A stretch of DNA of 57,937 nucleotides from Candidatus Daviesbacteria bacterium (GTDB lineage Bacteria > Patescibacteriota > Microgenomatia > Daviesbacterales > UBA10151): contig JAKFWZ010000053.1 of NCBI GenBank assembly GCA_021731695.1, positions 1 to 57,937 on the forward strand, in the 5' to 3' direction. A program made the translations under genes and the position numbers. Below the pieces are notes generated by a model. It was not told where the DNA came from. It worked only from the letters and a program-made list of their open reading frames with translations, and ran no database searches. Positions 19,923 through 29,131 of the stretch are shown here, in pieces (the first letter of the stretch is position 1; each line of letters opens with the position of its first letter).

Positions 19923-21083
19923 CTATGTCGAAACGAAAGTGACTGCAGGCAGGATGGTTGCTGTTGAGCCCGCGCCTCCTGTTGTGCCTAGTTCGGATAA
20001 CGTAATGGCGCTCGGAATTGCATTACCTCCAAAGCCTGCCCTAGCTGTGTTTGTTAAGAATCCGACAATATGCCGTCCCCACCATGCGGTTTGGTTTGCG
20101 TTATTAGCACTCCAGGCTGTTGAAGCCGATCCGATAGGCATTAAGGATCCCGAGACCATATTTACCGGGTGGATTGGTTGACCTACAAGTCCAGCCAGAC
20201 TTAAACCATTAGTTGAGACTGTATTGGCAGTGCTCCTTAGGCGTAATAGGCCTAAATAATATTGTCCACCTGTTAAGGTGAAATTTCCACCAAATTGCAT
20301 TCCAATGATTCGTGAACCAGAGATATAGGACGATATATTGTTTGTGGATGAAAAGCTCGATGTTTGATAACCCCACGCAGATGTAGCTGTGGTCTGGGGA
20401 AAATTCCAGGTTATACTTCGGCTGCTTACTGATTCTCCAATAGAAAAAGAACTTGAGCTCATAAGGCTTAATGCAGTATCACCATTCATAGTATAAAGAC
20501 CATAATACGAGTAATACGTATTACTGCCCGAAGTATTAGATGTCAGTGTGATATAAGAGTAAGAATTACCGATAAGTATTTGATTAAATTGTAAGTTTGG
20601 GGGAACCGTAACCGGAAAAACAAATAGCGAATTGGTACCAATAAGCGATGTAGCGCCCAAGGTTTGAAATCCTGTTTGCGCAACTCCGGCAATAGCCAAA
20701 GGTTCCCAATAACTGATCGGATCGTTAACGTCATCGATTGTTTTATCAGTAATGCCGGCAGCTATCTGGTCGCCTACGACAATAGTCCGGTTAACGCTGG
20801 TATTGTTTGGTTCGCCTGTTGCTCCGTCTGCGCGGATAACAGTCAAGGTATCATCTTGGATATTGGTCACTCTGACAATCTCAGCAGTGGTTGCAGTACT
20901 GCCAGTCAGTGTTGGCTGTGCCCCGGTAGGCCAGATTGTGGCATTAAAAGGCGGAGAAGGGAATAAGATGCCCTGTCCATACTGAACGGTTATTGAAGTA
21001 CCGGAAGTTCCCGGATCGCTTCCGTTAGGGGAAGTCGTTCCGGTTACCGATGAATATGCAAAATTTTTATGTGCGTCAGCCAT
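19923..21083 (-). CDS. Fibre-like protein, paralog 1 (MADAHKNFAYS family)
   Basis: Shared N-terminal domain 'FP.PPFNATIWP...AEIVRVT...GDQI' and S/T/G-rich beta C-terminus. Confidence 0.7.
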   Translation of the reverse strand: MADAHKNFAYSSVTGTTSPNGSDPGTSGTSITVQYGQGILFPSPPFNATIWPTGAQPTLTGSTATTAEIVRVTNIQDDTLTVIRADGATGEPNNTSVNRTIVVGDQIAAGITDKTIDDVNDPISYWEPLAIAGVAQTGFQTLGATSLIGTNSLFVFPVTVPPNLQFNQILIGNSYSYITLTSNTSGSNTYYSYYGLYTMNGDTALSLMSSSSFSIGESVSSRSITWNFPQTTATSAWGYQTSSFSSTNNISSYISGSRIIGMQFGGNFTLTGGQYYLGLLRLRSTANTVSTNGLSLAGLVGQPIHPVNMVSGSLMPIGSASTAWSANNANQTAWWGRHIVGFLTNTARAGFGGNAIPSAITLSELGTTGGAGSTATILPAVTFVST

Positions 21084-21167
21084 ATTTAATTATAAAATCA
21101 AAGGTCAAAAGTCAAAAATCAAAAGTTCAAGTTAAAAATCAAAACTTTTAACTTTTAACTTCCTTTC

Positions 21168-22283
21168 TTATGTCATTACATTTGATTGTAAAGTTACAGC
21201 AGGTAAGACAGTGGCGATTGAGGCTGCAGCACTTGCGCCTAGGGCGCTGAGATGGATGCTTGCCGGAATCGTTGAACCTCCGAAATTAGCAAGGGAAGTA
21301 GCGGTTACAAAGGCAAGCATGTGACGCCCCCACCAGAGACTTGAATTACTTCGATTAGTTCCCCAAGAGGATGCTGCAAATCCGATAGGATTGTAACCGC
21401 TGATACTTCCTACGAGGTGATATGGATCAACCGGCTTGCCGATTACTCCGGCGACACTCATTCCGTTTGTGCTGTTATTTGCTGTGCTTCTAATTGACAT
21501 CACTCCCATATAATAAATCCCGTTTGTCAGATGCATTTCGCTGCCAAATTGTAAACCAAACCATCTGGTTCCTGAAATATAGTTGACTATTTGGGCAGTG
21601 TTTGACATGGCAAGCGTATCATACCCATAGCCACTGGTATTAGTGGTGGTTGCAAAGCTCCAGGTACGGCTTAGAGTGTTAAATGACTCGGCCATTGAAA
21701 AAGATCCGTTTGCCATCAGTGAAAGGGCAGTAGAAGCATTCATTGTATACAGCCCGAAATAAGAATAGTAAGAAGCACTCCCTTGTGCACTGCCTGTTAC
21801 ATAAGACACTGAAACAGGTAAAACCGCCTGATTAAACTGGACATTACCGTTGACTGTAACCGGAAATACGAGAAGGGATCCGCTGGAGGATTGTCCGGAA
21901 GCAGACGCAAGTGTTTGTAAGGCGGAACCTGCAGCTGAGGAAAAAATATAGGGCGACCAACTAGCAACGGGATTTTCAACCTCTTCCAAAGTTTTGGTAG
22001 TGATTGTTGCGGCAATTTGATCCCCAACTAAGATACCCCGTCTTGAACTCCCTTCCTGTGCTCTGGTAATAGTGAAAGTATCGGTTGATATTGCAGTTAC
22101 CCGAACAATCTCGGCATTGCCTGAAGTTGGTTGTGCGCTGGCAGGCCAGATGGTTGCATTAAAAGGAACAGCAGGGAATAAGGCTCCCTGTCCTGAACTT
22201 ACCACTAAACTTGTTCCCTTCGTTGTCGGTGAAGGAGCGGTCAAAACTGTTGAATATGCGAAATTTTTATGTGCGTCAGCCAT
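21168..22283 (-). CDS. Fibre-like protein, paralog 2; start codon supplied by inserted element
   Basis: Same domains as paralogs 1 and 3; ancestral ATG GCA GAC left at 22599. Confidence 0.7.
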   Translation of the reverse strand: MADAHKNFAYSTVLTAPSPTTKGTSLVVSSGQGALFPAVPFNATIWPASAQPTSGNAEIVRVTAISTDTFTITRAQEGSSRRGILVGDQIAATITTKTLEEVENPVASWSPYIFSSAAGSALQTLASASGQSSSGSLLVFPVTVNGNVQFNQAVLPVSVSYVTGSAQGSASYYSYFGLYTMNASTALSLMANGSFSMAESFNTLSRTWSFATTTNTSGYGYDTLAMSNTAQIVNYISGTRWFGLQFGSEMHLTNGIYYMGVMSIRSTANNSTNGMSVAGVIGKPVDPYHLVGSISGYNPIGFAASSWGTNRSNSSLWWGRHMLAFVTATSLANFGGSTIPASIHLSALGASAAASIATVLPAVTLQSNVMT

Positions 22284-22591
22284 GTAGTGAAATTATGACA
22301 AATTAAATTTTTCTACTTTCATATAAATAATCCTTAATCCTTCTTTTGATAAGCCGACCTCCTTGTGTTGTCTTCAGATATTTTTCTCTTCGCTCGGCAT
22401 CGCTTTTTTCAATGCATGCTTCATAGTATATAAGTTTCCAGGGCATATATCTTTTAGTAGAAAAATTTAATCCATTATTATGTTCTACTAGCCGTTTTTT
22501 TAAGTCCGCTGTATATCCAATATAATGTTCTTTATTAGTCTCGCTTTCTAAAATGTAGACGTAGAACATAAGTCATAATTCTACTACATGG
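22280..22591 (-). mobile_element. 312-bp GIY-YIG mini-element with terminal inverted repeats
   Basis: ccatgtagtgaaattatgac / gtcataattctactacatgg IR; flanks TCAG and TCTG. Confidence 0.75.
22303..22569 (-). CDS. Stand-alone GIY-YIG nuclease (YhbQ/UPF0213-like)
   Basis: 'FYVYIL.S....YIGYT.DL.KR..EHN...PWKLIYYEA.....A..RE.YLK'. Confidence 0.9.
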   Translation of the reverse strand: MFYVYILESETNKEHYIGYTADLKKRLVEHNNGLNFSTKRYMPWKLIYYEACIEKSDAERREKYLKTTQGGRLIKRRIKDYLYESRKI

Positions 22592-22613
22592 TCTGCCATT
22601 TTTTTATTAATTT

Positions 22614-22740
22614 ACCAAGTAACAAGATACAAGTTTTCCAAATAAATTCCAAATTCTAAATCTTAATATTCAAACTTTTTGGTACTTGTGATTTGATTCT
22701 TGGTTATTGTTTGTTCCTTGTTCCTTGTATCTTGGTTATT
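22614..22740. repeat. Long degenerate hairpin built from 7-mers
   Basis: A-rich arm (accaagt aacaaga tacaagt) facing T-rich arm; shares acaaacaataaccaa (inverted) with 57294-57421. Confidence 0.65.
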
Positions 22741-22745
22741 TCATT

Positions 22746-23876
22746 TTAGGTGCTTACCAAGCTTACTAAAGGTAAAACGGTTGCTATTGTGTTGGCGGTT
22801 TGGAAGTTTGCAAGTTCTATAGCACTCGGTAGTCTCGTGCCTCCATATCCCGCCTGCTGGGTATTGGTAACAAACCCCATGATAAATCTGCCATTCCAGC
22901 CGGAAATATCGACGTTACTTTGAGCAAATTCACCCGGACCAAAACCTAGAGGATTCAGCCCGCTCGCGCTCCCCGCCATATTAATTGGGTTGATCACCTG
23001 TCCGATTAATCCGGCATGGGAAAATCCGATAGAGGAAACTCCTCCGGCAGTACTTCTGTAGGTAAGCAGCGCCAGCCAATACATTCCGGCGCTTAAACTC
23101 ATCTCTCCACCAAATTGCAGTCCGACTTTGCGTGCACCTGCAACATAGCTTGAGCCTTGAGCTACAGCAGTTATAGCACCTAAGTTGCCGTTGCCATAAC
23201 CATATCCACTTGTTGCGGTCGAGGTTGGAAAATTAGACGTAAAACTTACGCCTGAATTTGAATCAAGAATACTAAAAGAGCTGGACGAAATAAGAGCCAT
23301 GGTGTTAGATGTCATACTATAAATTCCAAAATTGGAAAAATATGTATTGCTGGCCGCGGTATTAGAAGTCATATAGGATTGAGATTGCGCAATAATAACC
23401 TGATTGAATTTAATCGGGAAGGGGATGGTCATCGGGAAGGCATAAATACTTCCTGTGCCTGTAGTGCTCGAATTTGCTGCCAGAGTCTGGACTCCGGTTC
23501 CGGCTGAAACCGCAATAGCAGGTGACCAGCTGTTTATATAATTTGCCTCAAGATCAGTAAAAAGTTTGGCGGTAACAGTCGCAGCAACTTGATCGCCTAC
23601 AACAATACTGCGCACACTAGAACCTTCTTGCTGAGCGCGAGGATCAGATCCTGGGGATAAGGTAAATGTGTCAGTCGCAATGGATGTAACTCTAACAATT
23701 TCTGCATTAGCAGTTGTTGGTTGTGATCCACTTGGCCAGACTGTTGCATTAAAAGGTGGAGTAGGAAATTTTGCTCCGTCTCCTGATTGAACAACTAACG
23801 TAAATCCAGTAGTTGCTGGGGAAGGAGCGGTTGCTACTGTTGAATATGCGAAATTTTTATAATCGTCTAGAGCCAT
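22746..23876 (-). CDS. Fibre-like protein, paralog 3
   Basis: 'MALDDYKNFAYSTVATAPSPAT...FPTPPFNATVWP...AEIVRVT'. Confidence 0.7.
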   Translation of the reverse strand: MALDDYKNFAYSTVATAPSPATTGFTLVVQSGDGAKFPTPPFNATVWPSGSQPTTANAEIVRVTSIATDTFTLSPGSDPRAQQEGSSVRSIVVGDQVAATVTAKLFTDLEANYINSWSPAIAVSAGTGVQTLAANSSTTGTGSIYAFPMTIPFPIKFNQVIIAQSQSYMTSNTAASNTYFSNFGIYSMTSNTMALISSSSFSILDSNSGVSFTSNFPTSTATSGYGYGNGNLGAITAVAQGSSYVAGARKVGLQFGGEMSLSAGMYWLALLTYRSTAGGVSSIGFSHAGLIGQVINPINMAGSASGLNPLGFGPGEFAQSNVDISGWNGRFIMGFVTNTQQAGYGGTRLPSAIELANFQTANTIATVLPLVSLVST

Positions 23877-23941
23877 ACATTGATCATTATAAAGCCTTAG
23901 TTAAATTTTTCCAGAGTTAAGTCAGGCAATAATTCAGAAAT

Positions 23942-24127
23942 TTACGGGTTTGCAGGCTCATCTTTCGCAGCATCAATAATTTCCTTCTTTATTTTTTTAA
24001 CCTCTTTAAAAGTTTCTCCGCCTTTTTTCGCCATATCAGATATAGTGTTGGCACCAAAAAGAATAACTAGTACCAGCAGGATGATAATGAGTTCAGTTGA
24101 GCTGATGTTCTTTATGAAATCGAACAT
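23942..24127 (-). CDS. tatA: TatA/E-family subunit (third copy)
   Basis: 'ISSTELIIILLVLVILFGAN'; close paralog of 12511..12702. Confidence 0.75.
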   Translation of the reverse strand: MFDFIKNISSTELIIILLVLVILFGANTISDMAKKGGETFKEVKKIKKEIIDAAKDEPANP

Positions 24128-24188
24128 AGTTTGAAGCGTAGTAAGGCTTATTAAATACTATTTCGGCTAAATTCGCAAGCGATAGAAT

Positions 24189-24248
24189 TTCGTTATTCGT
24201 TATTCGTTATTCGTTATTCGTTATTCGTTATTCGTTATTCGTTATTCG
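24189..24248. repeat. (TTCGTTA)n heptamer array starting at a stop codon
   Basis: About 8.5 perfect units overlapping the TAA of 24242..26272. Confidence 0.9.
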
Positions 24249-26272
24249 CTATGAATCCACTTCTTGTTTTCTTCAAGTAAATTGCGGGTAAGCTCAGGGG
24301 AGTAGTTGAGACTTTCAGCCCAGGCACACCAGGCATAAATATCTTTAGGAATGCACTTTGAATTAAAGCCGCGTTTATCAGGAAAAACGAACGTCCACCA
24401 TAAATTAAATCGGGGATCGTCTCCATAAACTGCATCGCGAATGGTGTAGTAATCAATCCCGGCTTTTTCGCAGACATCATAAAGCTCCTGACATTGTGCA
24501 ACTTTAAAAGCGATAGCTCTATTTTCTGTGAGCTTAATTACTTCAGCCTCATAAGAAGTAACCTGTCTGATTTTAATATTGGCATTATAAACCGTTGCAT
24601 AAAGGTCGATTAACATTCTTCGGTCTTCTGGCGCGCCCCCAAGGATTAAAAATGGAACATTTTTTTCATCAAAAAGGGGGTGTTGTGCAGTTTCACCAAG
24701 ATATTCGGGCTGTATAACAATTCTTTTATTATATTTTTTGGATAAATAATCGCCAGTTCCGGGATTTACCGTCGATCTGATAACTATCAGCGGGGACTCG
24801 CTCCAGGCGACGCATTCTTCGACAATGCTTATATCTAAAGCTCCTTCGCCGATAGATGGAGTAGGCACGCAAATGAAAGCCACATCCGCCTGATTGGCTT
24901 TACTTTTGCTTCTTGATGCAGGCGGGTTATAAATATAGGCGTCAGGGAAGAGCCTGTGAACTGATTTTCCCACCCAGCCGTGTCCAATGATTGTTACTGT
25001 CATGGCCGGAGTTACCTTTCTTGGCCTGCCTCGTCCAGGTCTGGATTCTGTAGTACTTGTTAAGGGTTCAGATTCTTCAGGTTCTCCAGAGATAATATTT
25101 ATTTCTTCCTCAGCTTCTAAAGATTCGAGCTGTTTTTCATCATTAGCCACTAGTGGAGTAATTGTGATTTCGCTTTCGACTTGCTCTGCCGTTGTTTCGT
25201 TTGGAGTTGAAACTGTTGCCTGAATTTCATCTTTTGCGCCAACCACATTTTCTAAAGGCTCACTTTCTACCGGTTTAGGCTCCGCGTTTTCTTTAAATTC
25301 AAAAGTATTTGCTTTAAGTTTTGCTAAATCTTCATCAGTCCAGCCTCTAATCGGCCAGAATTTTTCAACCAGCCAGCTTAAGGGTCGAATTTGTTTATCC
25401 CAATTATTATCAAAAAACAGACTTCTAGCATATGCCTTGGCTTTTTCCTGATCTCTGTTTGAAATAGGATAGGGAAAACCAAAATCTCCGCCCTGAGTTC
25501 TGAACATATGAGCGTACCAGGTGTTTTGGTTAACTAAAACTTTGCCTCCCGAAAGCCAGGTTTTACATGCCACTTCAATTCCCTGAGAGCCCCAGCTGCC
25601 GAACTTTTCATCGCAGATATTAAGCTCGTTGTATTTTTCGCGGGTTAGCATCCAGCAGGAACCCTGAAGCGACATAGTTTCTGTTAATCCTTTTTCTTTT
25701 TTGTCAGTCTCATATTTTGGCCTGTGTTTCCAATCTTCAAAATATTGAAAGTGGGGGGTTGAGTCAAAACAATAAGAAGTGCTTCGCGGATTATTTTTTC
25801 CAACCCACATCATTTTTCTTCTTAAACGATCAGTTTTTCCGCACTGCTCGCATTTTTCTGGAGTTGGTCCCTGATATTTTTTCCATCCGCAGTGATAACA
25901 TTTCCAATCAAAAGCCCATAGATTCCTCATTACAGGCACCATGGTTGTATCGTCACCGGCGACTTTAAATGCCTCAATCATCTTACGGTCAAAGCCTTTA
26001 TCAAATGAGCAATGTGCATCGCATTTCATAACATATTTGGCTTTAGAGAGTTTGCAGGCTAGATTTGTGGCAGCTCTTTGGCCGATGCTCTTCGGCACAT
26101 AAATTACATTAACTCTGTCGTTTTGGGGGATAGATGGATCCGCCCATTTGCCGTCTAAGACTGCAATAACTTCTGTATCAGCTTCGATGTTGGAGAGAAT
26201 ATCTTCAATAGTTCGGCCTAAAAACATTTCATTGCGACTAGGAATTAATATGCTCAGGTCTCGTGCGGACAT
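24242..26272 (-). CDS. GT2 glycosyltransferase fused to a UDP-glucose/GDP-mannose dehydrogenase-like domain
   Basis: 'LSILIPSRNE..L..TI', 'MKCDAHC', CxxC/CxxC insert; acidic linker; 'IIGHGWVG', 'FICVPTP', 'RSTV.PGT', 'PEYL', 'GF..KCIPKD'. Confidence 0.8.
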   Translation of the reverse strand: MSARDLSILIPSRNEMFLGRTIEDILSNIEADTEVIAVLDGKWADPSIPQNDRVNVIYVPKSIGQRAATNLACKLSKAKYVMKCDAHCSFDKGFDRKMIEAFKVAGDDTTMVPVMRNLWAFDWKCYHCGWKKYQGPTPEKCEQCGKTDRLRRKMMWVGKNNPRSTSYCFDSTPHFQYFEDWKHRPKYETDKKEKGLTETMSLQGSCWMLTREKYNELNICDEKFGSWGSQGIEVACKTWLSGGKVLVNQNTWYAHMFRTQGGDFGFPYPISNRDQEKAKAYARSLFFDNNWDKQIRPLSWLVEKFWPIRGWTDEDLAKLKANTFEFKENAEPKPVESEPLENVVGAKDEIQATVSTPNETTAEQVESEITITPLVANDEKQLESLEAEEEINIISGEPEESEPLTSTTESRPGRGRPRKVTPAMTVTIIGHGWVGKSVHRLFPDAYIYNPPASRSKSKANQADVAFICVPTPSIGEGALDISIVEECVAWSESPLIVIRSTVNPGTGDYLSKKYNKRIVIQPEYLGETAQHPLFDEKNVPFLILGGAPEDRRMLIDLYATVYNANIKIRQVTSYEAEVIKLTENRAIAFKVAQCQELYDVCEKAGIDYYTIRDAVYGDDPRFNLWWTFVFPDKRGFNSKCIPKDIYAWCAWAESLNYSPELTRNLLEENKKWIHSE

Positions 26273-26320
26273 AATGCCTATATATTTAACTTAATTACGC
26301 ACAAAAAGCAACAAAGAGGA

Positions 26321-27187
26321 TTACTTTAAATTTTTGTATAGTTGGGCTATTTTGTCGATGTGATATTCCTCCGCCCTTTCAATACACAGTTCGGAAAATG
26401 CCTTGTAACGCTCGGGATACTTGATTAACAGGTCGAGTTCGCTGAACAGCTGATCGGTTTTGTTTACGCCTATATAACAGTTTCCCAGATCCTTAAAATG
26501 ACTTTCGTCAAGAGCAATTGTCGGAATTCCGAATGAGGCGGCATTAACAATTTTTAAGGGATTGGCGAGGTTTTTTTTATAAGGCCTCCAGACAACTTGA
26601 ATGTCTATTTTTTTATAGAAATCAATTATATCTTCCCGCGAAAAAAAATTCGAGAATTCAATCAATTTTATACCGCGTTCCCTCAATCGTAGTTTCAGAT
26701 CCGGGGGCAAAAAAGAAAAGGCCTTTGCATTTCCGATCACTCCTGCAACTGTGATCTTTTTTCGTGTTCTTTTTTCGCGATTGAAATTGCAATGATGCTG
26801 AGGGATGTGAACTATTTTGTTTTTAAGTCCCTGAGTGGACAAATTTATGTAGTCTCTTTGTGATAATACAATTGCTCCAACTTCAGGATATTTTTTTAAC
26901 TGTTCGATGTAGCCGATTTCGTCAATTATGTCCAGGTATGCACTTTTTCCTTCGAATCTATAATCGCCTGAGGAATTAGGATTTGGTTTGACATAGATAC
27001 AGACATCGTTTTTATAGCCCTTAGTTGGGTTCAATTTCGCGCCAATAGCTTCGGCTATTTGATCGGCGCGGATTATTGAGGAGACTCTTTTTAAGTAACC
27101 ATTAGCAGGTTTCTTGTTGCCAGAATCATACTCTTGTGAAGGTTGGGTACTTAAAAAAGCTCTTTTGGCAAATATTGAGATAGCCAT
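26321..27187 (-). CDS. Putative GT-B type glycosyltransferase-like protein
   Basis: 'DIQVVW...NPLKIVNAASFGIPTIA' resembles the GT-B C-terminal motif. Confidence 0.55.
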   Translation of the reverse strand: MAISIFAKRAFLSTQPSQEYDSGNKKPANGYLKRVSSIIRADQIAEAIGAKLNPTKGYKNDVCIYVKPNPNSSGDYRFEGKSAYLDIIDEIGYIEQLKKYPEVGAIVLSQRDYINLSTQGLKNKIVHIPQHHCNFNREKRTRKKITVAGVIGNAKAFSFLPPDLKLRLRERGIKLIEFSNFFSREDIIDFYKKIDIQVVWRPYKKNLANPLKIVNAASFGIPTIALDESHFKDLGNCYIGVNKTDQLFSELDLLIKYPERYKAFSELCIERAEEYHIDKIAQLYKNLK

Positions 27188-27897
27188 TAGAGATTGAAGA
27201 GCTCCTTTAGATTCCAGCCGGGTATTTTATCAAGAGTAGTTGTTTTGAGATTAACAGGTGGATGTTTAAAGCTATCCAGAGTAACCTTTGTCGGGGAGAA
27301 AGTTTTACCATGTCTGATGTCAATGATTGGTTCTTTTGATGCCCAGACTTCAAAATTATCATCAGTAAATCCGCCCCGTTTAATTTTCTTTGTGCCTGGT
27401 TCATACCCCCAGCGCCTTGCCCATAAAGGTTCGTGCCCTATAACTGACTCGAGATTTAACTCTTCTATTTTATTAAGTCGGGATTTATAATGATTAAGGG
27501 CAAGTTCCCGGTTGACGCAAAGACCAGAGAGGCAAATTAATCTATCGTAAGTGATTGCATAATCATCGGGATATTTCCATCTCCAAACATTATTGTTGTA
27601 ATAAAAAATATTATCTTTTGGCGGTTGATACTCAAAGTGGGAAGCAGGGTAGAGAACGTCGTGTTCACAGAAAAATACATAATCTTCTTTGGCGTTTTCA
27701 AGGGCTGTGGTAATTTGTTTTGTCATAGTTATAAAACTCGGGGTTAGATTTAAAACTATATTATTTCCAAAATTGATTGGTTTGAGGGACACACTCGTTA
27801 CGGGTAATCCGGAGGACTGAATTGTTTGCTGGACTATAGAGAAAATAGGCTCGTTTAACCTATTATCAGTATAATAAATTATTCCTTTGCTACTCAT
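27187..27897 (-). CDS. GT-A-like hypothetical protein
   Basis: 'IIYYTDN', 'VFFCEHDVLYP..HF'; paralog of 32433..33113. Confidence 0.55.
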   Translation of the reverse strand: MSSKGIIYYTDNRLNEPIFSIVQQTIQSSGLPVTSVSLKPINFGNNIVLNLTPSFITMTKQITTALENAKEDYVFFCEHDVLYPASHFEYQPPKDNIFYYNNNVWRWKYPDDYAITYDRLICLSGLCVNRELALNHYKSRLNKIEELNLESVIGHEPLWARRWGYEPGTKKIKRGGFTDDNFEVWASKEPIIDIRHGKTFSPTKVTLDSFKHPPVNLKTTTLDKIPGWNLKELFNL

Positions 27898-28429
27898 GTT
27901 TTTTTCTTACGACCACCAGCCAGTCGTCATACCTTTCTTTACGGCGGTTTAGTTTAGGGACTTCTATCTCGTAAGCGGTCAGGCTCTTTATGATATTTAA
28001 GTCTGCAACATCTTCGATAATATAAATGACATCGTCTTTGAGTAGAGGCATAAGAGTGAGGCAGGTTAGGATTTGATCCTCTGGTTTGTGGGAGCCGTCT
28101 TCAACTACAAAATCCAAATCTGCCCCGGTTTTTTTAATTAACTCTCGTAGATTCTTTTCGGAAGAGTGGTCGCATTTTATAACTTCTATCCGATTATCTT
28201 TAAAAATACGTTTATCATCTATTTCCGCTCCATATATCATTGCATTGGGGAAAAAATCTCTCCACATTCTAAGGCCTGGACCTTCACCGACTCCTATTTC
28301 AAGAACTTTTTTAATTGACTTACGCTCGTTACTGAACAAATCAGAGTAATAGGGGGTATAGCTGTGTTTTGAACCCGGATGCCTGTCGGTGCCGTATTTT
28401 TTTGCAAGTATGGTTAGGTCGTCGTTCAT
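27890..28429 (-). CDS. SAM-dependent (sugar O-)methyltransferase
   Basis: 'KKYGTD', 'KVLEIGV', 'MWRDFFPNA.IYG', 'EDGSH', 'YIIED'. Confidence 0.8.
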   Translation of the reverse strand: MNDDLTILAKKYGTDRHPGSKHSYTPYYSDLFSNERKSIKKVLEIGVGEGPGLRMWRDFFPNAMIYGAEIDDKRIFKDNRIEVIKCDHSSEKNLRELIKKTGADLDFVVEDGSHKPEDQILTCLTLMPLLKDDVIYIIEDVADLNIIKSLTAYEIEVPKLNRRKERYDDWLVVVRKKHE

Positions 28430-28430
28430 C

Positions 28431-29048
28431 TTAAGGTTTAATCCACATCCAGCTTCTGAATCTGTCTCTTATTTCATTATCTCTGCGTTCTCTTCTGCCT
28501 AAAAGATACCAGTTTTTTATGTCGTAAGCCTGAGTGAAAGCGTTGACTACATAAATTACATGAACCGTTCCAGCCTTGGTTTTTCCGCTGGTATAAATAT
28601 AGTCGTGCCCGCAAATCACTCCTCCTTTTTTTACTTTCCTGCTCCATTCAGCTAAGTCTTCAGCGATATATCTGAACTGGTGATTACCGTCAATATAAAC
28701 AAAATCCAGACTCTCATCTTCAAAGTCTACAACCGCTTCCATGGAAGTCTTTCTGATAATCTCGCAGTTGGGATATGGTGCTAGAACTCTTTTGGTGTGT
28801 TCGTATAAAAAATTCAGCCTGTCCTGAATCGGGGATTCATGATAATTTTTATCGTATTTCCATGGGTCGATTGCAAATAATTTAAGTCCGGCTTTAGCGA
28901 AATGTATTGAAAATTCACCTTTATCCACGCCTATTTCTGCACCAACCTTAAAACCCATATCAACGAAAAATTGAGGTAAATCATCGCGAGAGCAATCCGG
29001 GATTTCTGCCGGCGCGCCTGTGAGTTTTAATCCATCAATTAGTTTCAT
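28431..29048 (-). CDS. Class I methyltransferase (Methyltransf_24-like), tandem paralog 1
   Basis: 'GAEIGV..G', 'AIDPW', 'LDFVYIDGNH', 'GGVICGHDY'. Confidence 0.85.
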   Translation of the reverse strand: MKLIDGLKLTGAPAEIPDCSRDDLPQFFVDMGFKVGAEIGVDKGEFSIHFAKAGLKLFAIDPWKYDKNYHESPIQDRLNFLYEHTKRVLAPYPNCEIIRKTSMEAVVDFEDESLDFVYIDGNHQFRYIAEDLAEWSRKVKKGGVICGHDYIYTSGKTKAGTVHVIYVVNAFTQAYDIKNWYLLGRRERRDNEIRDRFRSWMWIKP

Positions 29049-29131
29049 TGTTAGTAGTTATGAGTTATGGATAATGAGTTATGAGTGGGGAGTTTGTAGA
29101 ATTTGTTTAACTCCTAACTCCTAACTCATAA

